From Octopus vulgaris (taxonomy: Eukaryota), in assembly GCA_951406725.2 (NCBI GenBank), contig OX597820.1, forward strand, positions 68,944,001 through 69,008,000: a stretch of DNA of 64,000 nt, given 5' to 3'. Both the position numbers and the translations under genes were made by a program. Shown here piece by piece: positions 55,436 to 64,000 of the stretch (its first letter is position 1; every line of letters starts with the position of its first letter). The notes under the pieces are model-generated. The model ran no database searches. It was not told where the DNA came from and was given only the letters and a program-made list of their open reading frames with translations.

Positions 55436-55886
55436 AAAAAAAGATGGGTGAATGTAGCAAGAATGGCACGTATGAATGACGAAGCCACCTTGAGCATAGT
55501 CCTATGAACCCAGAAATCGAAAACAGAGAGTTGCTTATTTGCAAAAAAAAAAAAAAAAAAAAAAGAAATATAAAATGTGACTTCATTGACCGACGTTACC
55601 GTGGTCTTTTCCGTAGGCTTTTCTTTCCACGGGTAAACCTCACCTGTCCTCCCCTTTACACTTCATATTGACATTTCTGTGATAACGATCCCTATTGATC
55701 AATTTTTTTTTCTCTCCCCCTTTTTTTTTAACCCCCCTTTTTTTGTCCTCTTTCTCTCCTTTTACGATCCCTTTTGATCGAAACTCCCCCTTCCTTTTTT
55801 TTTTTTTTTTTTTAAACCTTCAAAAGAAAAGCTCTACCTTGTAATTTGTTCTATCTGTGTGCAGCCCTGTGTGGCTAATAAAGAAA
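55436..55886 (+). mobile_element. 5'-truncated Tx1/L1-like LINE: ORF2 C-terminus plus 3' UTR, within (TATC/TGTC)n
   Basis: [22 protein letters not shown] resembles Tx1 ORF2 C-terminal ..RW ends; the 3' UTR ends with AATAAAGAAA. Clade assignment is by recognition only. Confidence 0.6.
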
Positions 55887-56214
55887 CATATCTGTCTGTC
55901 TATCTATTTATCTATCTAACTAATTTCTTAGGTTCCCTCTTAGTTTTTCTCTCTATTTTTTCTTTCACATCCAACATACTTCATTGTCTTTCTTCCTGCC
56001 CTGACTTCCTGCCTCTATAGCACCCTCTCTCCCTATCACAGCCTCTCTCTCTCTCTCTCTCTCTCATTCTTTCTTATCCTTTCTGCTTTCTTTTCTACTT
56101 CTTGTCTATATACACACAGACGTCGCATATATATATATATCGTCGCACAGGAATCTCCCTATCTCCCTTGCTCATTCTCTCTCTCTCTCTTTCTCTTTCT
56201 CTCTCTCTCTCCGT

Positions 56215-56470
56215 CTCTCAACCAGGGAGTCCCTTAGTCAGCGTATCTCGAAGCCCTTAACTCTTTCCCACCAATCAGACAGCATATAGCCACTCGCTCT
56301 CTCCTAGTTAAATTAGCCGGTGCCGTTCGCTGTAGCTTAAGCTAGCTTGATAGCTGTTACATAGTTCAGGAGCACGGGTGGCGACGGTGTAGGTGCATAG
56401 TTATTAAACATATGATAAGATTTGTAGCGAAAGCTAACGGCAAAATAGCCTCGACGAACAATAATTACGA
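56215..56470 (+). promoter_or_regulatory. Candidate promoter or first-exon region
   Basis: Unique, CpG-retaining sequence after (CT)n tracts; CCAATCAG NF-Y-like box at 56271. Confidence 0.3.
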
Positions 56471-56479
56471 CGGACAATA

Positions 56480-57206
56480 ACAGGAAGAAGACTAACAACA
56501 TCATAAGCATCATCATCCCCCCCCACCACCATCACCATCACCATCACCATCACCACCATCGTCATTATTATTATTATTATCACCAACACCAGCGTCAACG
56601 TCGTAATCATCAATACTACCATCCACATAATCGTCGTAAAACATTGTCGTGGCCGTCCGTCGCCATCGTCCACTACACACACCATCACCACAACAGTCAC
56701 AATCGTCGTAGTCTACAACGTTTTCGCCGCCGCCACCACCACCACCACCACCACCGCCGACTAACAGCATCAGCATCAGCATCATCAACATCATCATAAA
56801 CATCTTCGTTATAATCATATGCAAATTATTTTTTATCGTCATCAATATCGCAATATTCTCATCGTAATCATTACCATCATCATCATCATCATCAACACTG
56901 CTGCTGCTACCATCACCACCGCCGCCACACCACCCCACCACTACCACCACCATCACCACCACCACCACCACCATTCACAATAACAACGCTATCAGCAGTA
57001 GCCGCAGCAGCAGCAGCAGCAACAACAACTTTTTTTAAGTTTATAACTAATGATTTCTGCATAAAATATCAGCAACAACGAACCGACCAAGGAAGAAAAG
57101 CTTCTACGTGGTTATTCCCATATGCTAGAAACAGCAGTTAAATCTCTCTCACTCTCCCAACTAACCTACGGCAGTCGCTAAATAATAATAATAATAATAA
57201 TAATAA

Positions 57207-57299
<93 letters not shown>

Positions 57300-57303
57300 A
57301 ATG

Positions 57304-57357
<54 letters not shown>
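56480..57357. repeat. Compound (CAC/CAT/CAG)n and (TAA/TGA)n tracts
   Basis: Direct reading. Confidence 0.88.
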
Positions 57358-57358
<1 letters not shown>

Positions 57359-57940
57359 GTTATACATCTGGTATTGCAGCCAACATGAGCTACAGCAGAA
57401 TACGTTGAATCATAGGTTTCCTGGTACAGAGTTTCTTAGGGCTATAAAATGAAAACAACATGAAGAAAAACAATATGGAATTATTGAAATTGATATTTTT
57501 TTATAAAGTTTTATATCAATTAATTTTTCTTGTTTTTCATTAAACTTGTTTTCTTTCTTTTTTTTTTTTACTAATTTATTGAAATTATGAAATTTTCTTG
57601 CTTCTTTATTTTTCTCTTAATAAAATTATCAAGATTGTGAAAGAAAACTTGTGTGTTACATCCTACCCAAGCCACCACCCGACAAAAAATATTTGAAAAA
57701 TTAAATGAAATAAACGAGTTGAAAGGGGGGAGTCTGGCGGCGGGTGTACGTGGTCCTGACGTGTTTACGAGAAGTAGCAGCTACATCTGAGGTATGATTA
57801 CCGTTTTACAAAACAAGCCCCGTTAAGTGTTCAAAAACGTAATGCTTGTATATGTACCTACATATATATATATATATATATATTCATATATATGTATATA
57901 TATATATTCAAATATATATATGTATATATATATTCATACG

Positions 57941-57981
<41 letters not shown>

Positions 57982-57983
57982 AT

Positions 57984-58025
<42 letters not shown>

Positions 58026-58029
58026 ATAA

Positions 58030-58081
<52 letters not shown>

Positions 58082-58082
58082 C

Positions 58083-58368
58083 ATCGGGCCGATCAAAACC
58101 TTGTGAGTGGATTTGGTAAACGGAGACTGAAAAGAAGCCTGTCGTGTGTGTGTGTGTTTTATATGTTTGTGCGTCTGTATTTGTCCCAGCACTATGGCTT
58201 GACAACCGATGTTGGGGTGTCTACGTCCCCGTTGTTTAGTGGTTCGGTGAAACAGACCGATAGAATAAGTATCAGGATTGCAAAGAATAAATCCTCGGGT
58301 CGAATTGTTCGACTAAAGTTGGTGCTCAAGCATGGCCGCAGTCAAATGATTAAAACAGATAAAAGAAT
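58083..58368 (+). mobile_element. Headless SINE family B copy
   Basis: TCGGGCCGATCAAAACCTTGTGAGTGGATTTGG...CATGGCCGCAGTCAAATGA. Confidence 0.83.
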
Positions 58369-58382
58369 ACATACATACGTAC

Positions 58383-58443
<61 letters not shown>

Positions 58444-58753
58444 CATATATATATGTATGTATATGCGTATGTATGCATGTAATAGTTTCCGCCAGAGGCT
58501 GTGACCTTACTGAAGAAATAGATACATATATATTATCAAAACCTATATCTATAAATGAGCTGTGCTTTTGTTGTTAAGTTACCTTGTTTCTATAGGATCC
58601 TGAAAATTTTATAATATATACATACATACGTATATAATTTTTATATGTGTATATATATATATGTGTGTGTGAATGTATGTATACATCTGTGTGTACTTAT
58701 GTGCATGTATGTACACAAACACTTCTATATATACACACGCACACACACATATA

Positions 58754-58811
<58 letters not shown>

Positions 58812-58968
58812 TGTATTTATATATATATATATACTTTATTTAAAGCAGCAGAAAATTCAAAATGTCTATGTAAACATACAGTAACACACATACATAGATA
58901 CATAACTATATACATACACACATCCTTATATATGTGTGAATGTTTTTTCATGTGCATATATCTATTTC

Positions 58969-59149
<181 letters not shown>

Positions 59150-59838
59150 CTGTGTAATGTACATATATGTCCTCTAAAATTACTGGATTGCCACGACCGG
59201 AACAATTCAAATAACAAGGAAAAATGGCTGCAAAATGTGTAGGCGTCGTCGGGGTTTTGGTGGTAACAAGGCAAAAGAATAACAACGAGGAAAATGCAAT
59301 AAATAAACATATAAATAAGTAAATAAAAATGTAAATAAATAAATAAATTGCTCACCCTATGTGAGTCTTTGTGTGTTGGAGAATTGCACGTAGTGACTCC
59401 CATTAGAACCCATACATAGAGCCTTCATAACAGGGAGCTTGATGCAGTGGTGACTGGACGCACAGCGGACAAAACAACCAAGTTTGTGCTTATAATAATA
59501 ATAGACACAATAGACATTCCTCTGTATGTATATAGATATCAAAACATTAGGGTCTACAAAGATCAATCACTGGTGAGTATCGAACTCTTCGCTTTGGTTT
59601 TGAACAATTGCATTCCTTACGCCCTGCCTATTTCAATACATACACGACACATACATACAAAAAAGAAAAAGGTGTAACAATATGGTTGGTCTCAGACTGT
59701 TCGTTGAATTATGTATGTGCGTGTATGCGTATATGTGTATGTGTGTGTAAGAGTGTAACATATGTTTAGTGTTGACTGTTATGATTTGCCTATGTATTCA
59801 CAGGTGATACTCAGAGTAGCAAGAGACTAATTCGACTA

Positions 59839-59915
<77 letters not shown>

Positions 59916-60011
59916 ATAGATATGGGTATATATATATATATACATATACATATACATACACTTATATATATAAAGAGAAAGAGCGATAGATTAATATGGG
60001 TATATATATAT

Positions 60012-60057
<46 letters not shown>

Positions 60058-60066
60058 GTATATATA

Positions 60067-60137
<71 letters not shown>

Positions 60138-60140
60138 ATT

Positions 60141-60184
<44 letters not shown>

Positions 60185-60214
60185 TAGATATATATGCATA
60201 CATACGAATATAAC

Positions 60215-60410
60215 TATGTTCACAATTCACAAAAAAAAAACAGCAAAAGATGAAGACAGGTGGTGTAGACAACAGATGTGTTAGAATAATGCTCGGGAAG
60301 TGAAAAACTCTTTAACGTTTCGAGCCTACGCTCTTCCACAGAAAGGAACACAGAAAGAAACAAGGAGAGAAAATAAAGAATATGTATTGACTAGCGATCC
60401 ATCATGGCGA
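60215..60410 (-). mobile_element. Short pLTR-like element with hammerhead-like core
   Basis: Minus strand 60345-60310: CTTT-CTGTGGA-A-GAGC-GTAG-GCTC-GAAAC-GTT-AAAG (A6 changed to U). Confidence 0.62.
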
Positions 60411-61344
60411 ATACATATATCAAAACATATATATCCCTGCATGTATGTGTGTATGTATATGCATGCATTTGTGTATGTATACATGCAAAAGTTTTGTTTT
60501 GCATAGACTGTAAGTTTCACAAAAGTGGACATGATAATATTAAACTTGCACGCATTAATACACGCATAGGCATGTATACACGCAACCTGCAATCAACAAA
60601 GTAACGAAACTAATACACCCCTTCTATAACTTAATTATTAGGGAAATAATTTAAAAGAAGTTTCTATTTTATTTTTATTTCTATGGGAGAAGTAGAGTTG
60701 TGTTGAGAAGCGTCAGACTCTTCTTGTCAGTACCTTTCAGACTGGTCGGATCAAGTGGAGATAGTATACTCAGTCCGACCTACCCACAATAACTGTAACG
60801 AACTGTACCCCAACTAAAAATACCACAGAACCTGATGGTGTAGTTAAATCGGGTGGAAGTTTAAGCCTACCACCCGAGAACAAGAACGATAACTCTGAAC
60901 AACTTCTACGACGTTTTGTATGCGAAAATCTATTCACAAGGCTTTGATCAACCCGAGGCTATAGCAGAAATGTCTTCTTGCCCAGGGTGCCCCGTAGTGG
61001 GAAACCATAGAATTGGGAAGATAACTTGTTAACCATGCGACCGTGCCTACGCCCGTAATTTAATTTCAAGAGACATAATTTTGAATTCGGTGAGAGTTAT
61101 AAGGAAAAATGAGCCGAATCAAAAATATGATGGGTTATTGTTATGAAGTATTAATTTCAATATCAGTTCGTGGAAAGGAATAATGTTAAAAATCTTTTCT
61201 CACCATAATTTAAGAGAAAAAATTCAAGGACGGAACTAACTAAATTTATTGTTAATGTGTTTATGAGTGTGAGTACATGTATATAGTGATGAATAATACA
61301 ATGCGAACGTTCATGAGAATTCAGGGCTAAATGTCCATTATATA

Positions 61345-61400
<56 letters not shown>

Positions 61401-61441
61401 GTTAGATAGATGTTTGTATGTATGTGCATGCATGTATGTTA

Positions 61442-61653
61442 TCTTTTACTTGTTTTAGTCATTGGACTGCGGCAATGCTGGGGCACCGTCTTGAAGGGTG
61501 TTGTCTAATAAATCAACCCCAGTACTTACTTTCATTGTAGACCTGGTTCTTATTTTAACGGCTGCTTGCTGCCAATATGCTAGGGAAGAAAACCAACATG
61601 GATTGTCAATCACTGATGGGGGGGGGGAAGAACACACACACACACATATATCC

Positions 61654-61710
<57 letters not shown>

Positions 61711-61810
61711 TGATGGGCTTCTTTCAGTTTCTGTCTATCAAATTCACTCACAGGCGCAGGCATGGGTGTACGAGCCTCGTTTTCCAACCACCTGGTTTAG
61801 GTTTCAATCC
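61442..61810 (-). mobile_element. SINE family B copy with inverted head
   Basis: Body on the minus strand to 61751, then head CAGGCGCAGGCATGG...CCAACCAC on the plus strand. Confidence 0.65.
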
Positions 61811-62324
61811 TCGCGCGCGCACATACACACACACAATTATATACATACATAAATACATACATACATACATACATGCATACAAAAAAACACCGAAAATTCT
61901 TGTAATCAATATAAATCCAGAAGAGGTTTCAATATCAGTTAAATATAAATTTGATAGGTCGCTCAATCGACCATTAATAAACCATTAATAAACCATTAAA
62001 TCTCTAAACTATAACTGCATAGAACTCTAAATGCATCCATCTTTATGTGAGTGTGCATGTGTGATGCTTATTGTTTAGAACTACGTAAATGCATTCTTGC
62101 ATTGACCCCTTCCTCTCTCCCTATCACATCATGTCTCGCTTGTATTCTGACCCTGCTTTGAAAACTTGGATCTGCATTTATGTAACGCCACCTAGCATTT
62201 CCACATCAAGATCGATAAAACAGTTAGCAAACTAATAAAATATAAAGTGAGTTGTATATCAAAACCCTTCAAGATAAAGCTGCAGGGTCACACCTCAGTT
62301 ATTGGACGTTAACTGAAATAATGG

Positions 62325-62970
62325 TTTCAAATTTCGGCACAAAACCAGCAAATTCGTGGGACAACTAAGTCGATTGTTATTTCAGTAGTAAAGTGCTGGT
62401 TACTTTTATATTTTACCGTTTTGTTTTGCTTGCTATCCTCAATGGACTGCGGCCATCCTTGGGTGCTGCCTTAAAGGGACAGGTAAGTCGATTACGTCGA
62501 CCCCAGTCTCCAGATAGGACTAGCTTTATTGATCTCGAAAGGATGAAAGGCAAGATCTACCGCGGCAGTATTTGAACTCAACACGTATAGACAACGAAAT
62601 GCCGGTAAGAATTTTGCTCGGCATAGTAATGATTCTGCCAGCTCGCCGCCTTAATCAACTGAATTTACAAAATGAATGAAAGAATCTGAGTGTATATGAA
62701 AGGCGTTGCTCACTACGGGGACATTTGAACCCAGAATTTATATTACCGGAATAAATTCTACCAAGCATTTTAGTGAGACGCTAACGATTCGGTCAGCACA
62801 CAGCTAATGTATGCCATCGATATCAAGGGCTGACTGCTACTTTATTTTATTCGATCCCAGAGAGATGAAAAGCAAAGTTGACTCCGGCAGATTTTGAACT
62901 CAGAATGTAGAGAGCCAGGACAAATAGTGCAAAGCATTTTGTTCTACGCCTTAGCCATTCGTTCACCTTA
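62325..62970 (-). mobile_element. Cluster of SINE family C copies and fragments
   Basis: CGAAAGGATGAAAGGCAAG...TTCTGCCAGCTCGCCGCCTT and further TTTGAACTCAGAA heads. Confidence 0.75.
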
Positions 62971-62972
62971 AG

Positions 62973-63284
62973 CACTAAGCTAGCAATTTGGAGTGAAGAG
63001 ATTAGTCGATATCATTAAAAAAATGCGCCCTTTTAAAGCCTAGCCAGGATCATGGGCTCGGTTTCTCGGTTTCTATGGCGTACGTGCTCCCCAGCTGGAC
63101 GGGACGCCAGTCCATCGCAGCGTTACTCACTAAGCTAGCAATTTGGAGTGAAGAGATTAGTCGATATCATTAAAAAAATGCGCCCTTTTAAAGCCTAGCC
63201 AGGATCATGGGCTCGGTTTCTCGGTTTCTATGGCGTACGTGCTCCCCAGCTGGACGGGACGCCAGTCCATCGCAGCGTTACTCA
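62973..63284 (+). repeat. Perfect 155-bp tandem duplication
   Basis: 62973-63127 repeated at 63128-63282, with CA microhomology at the junction. Confidence 0.93.
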
Positions 63285-63423
63285 TTTTTGCCAGCTGAGT
63301 GGACTGGAGAAACGTGAAATGAAGTCTTTTGCTCAAGAACACAACGCGTCGCCCGGTCCAGGAATTGAAACAATCTTACGATCATGATGCTGACACCTTA
63401 ACCACTAAGCCACGCGCCTCCAC
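63170..63423 (-). mobile_element. tRNA-derived SINE family D (Meta-domain-like), nested in a family C copy
   Basis: Head GTGGAGGCGCGTGGCTTAGTGGTTAAGG; central CTGCGATGGACTGGCGTCCCGTCCAG...AGAAACCG resembles the MetaSINE domain; TSD-like CGATATCAT/CGATACCAT. Confidence 0.78.
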
Positions 63424-64000
63424 CGATACCATCAAACTGGTACATTATTTAATCGGCTCTGAAAGGTTAAGGGACATAGTTGACCATAGCGAGATTTGAA
63501 CCTCGGATGTAAATGACCGTAACTAAGTAGCACAAGGCGTGTTGTCCGATGCTTTAAAGAATCTGCCAGTCCACTACTTTTGCAAGCCTTAATAATCCTT
63601 TCTACTGTAAGTGCAAGGCCTGAAGTTTGGGTTGTTGGATGGGAATGGAGGTAGGGTTAGTTTCTTAATTGATATGACTGCCCCCATGGACAATAATGCT
63701 GCAATCAAATAACTCGTTAAATTATAGAAGAACAAAGACGTAGGTATGCCAATTTTCGGAAGATTAAAATGAAGTGAAAAAGAAAACATTACGATACCTG
63801 TTATCATAAGGCTTTCTCGGTATTAAAGAAAGGGACAGGAAAATTCACAGACGTGATAACCAGGAAAACCATGCTTAAAGAGAAATACAAAAAAAATCCA
63901 AATGGGCACTATATACGTTTTACGAAGAGCGATGTCACCTAAAATCTCAGTTTTAATGTATTTTATTGAGCACTCAGATATACAGACGCTCCGTTTCGCT

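Noticed and set aside
57728-57791. GVWRRVYVVLT resembling a PH-domain strand
   Set aside because: In-frame stop just upstream and no credible splice acceptor.
60695-60732. Hammerhead-like CTGACAA-GAAG...CTTC on the minus strand
   Set aside because: Both G8 and the GAAA box are missing.

Overview
Eukaryotic, AT-rich, repeat-saturated intronic or intergenic DNA. By recognition (no database search), the tRNA-derived SINE families and the extreme (TA)n/(TATC)n/(TAA)n/(CAT)n load point to a coleoid cephalopod, most likely Octopus. There is no intact protein-coding gene, and nearly all ORF-track entries are microsatellite translations. Supportable content: two decayed mariner transposons; three R4/Dong-type (RLE) LINE relics, one interrupted in-frame by a non-autonomous Helitron; Penelope-like RT and GIY-YIG relics; three or four short Penelope-type terminal repeats with minimal hammerhead-ribozyme cores; two Tx1/L1-type 3' ends in (TATC)n; a hAT end; four SINE families in many copies; a decayed histone H3 (possibly H3.3) N-terminal fragment; several local duplications and fold-backs; and a non-repetitive, CpG-richer zone at about 54.4-59.6 kb with promoter and splice-like signals. 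The best leads are the hammerhead-bearing short elements and the apparent partitioning of retroelement families among different microsatellite targets. Boundaries of degenerate copies are approximate.
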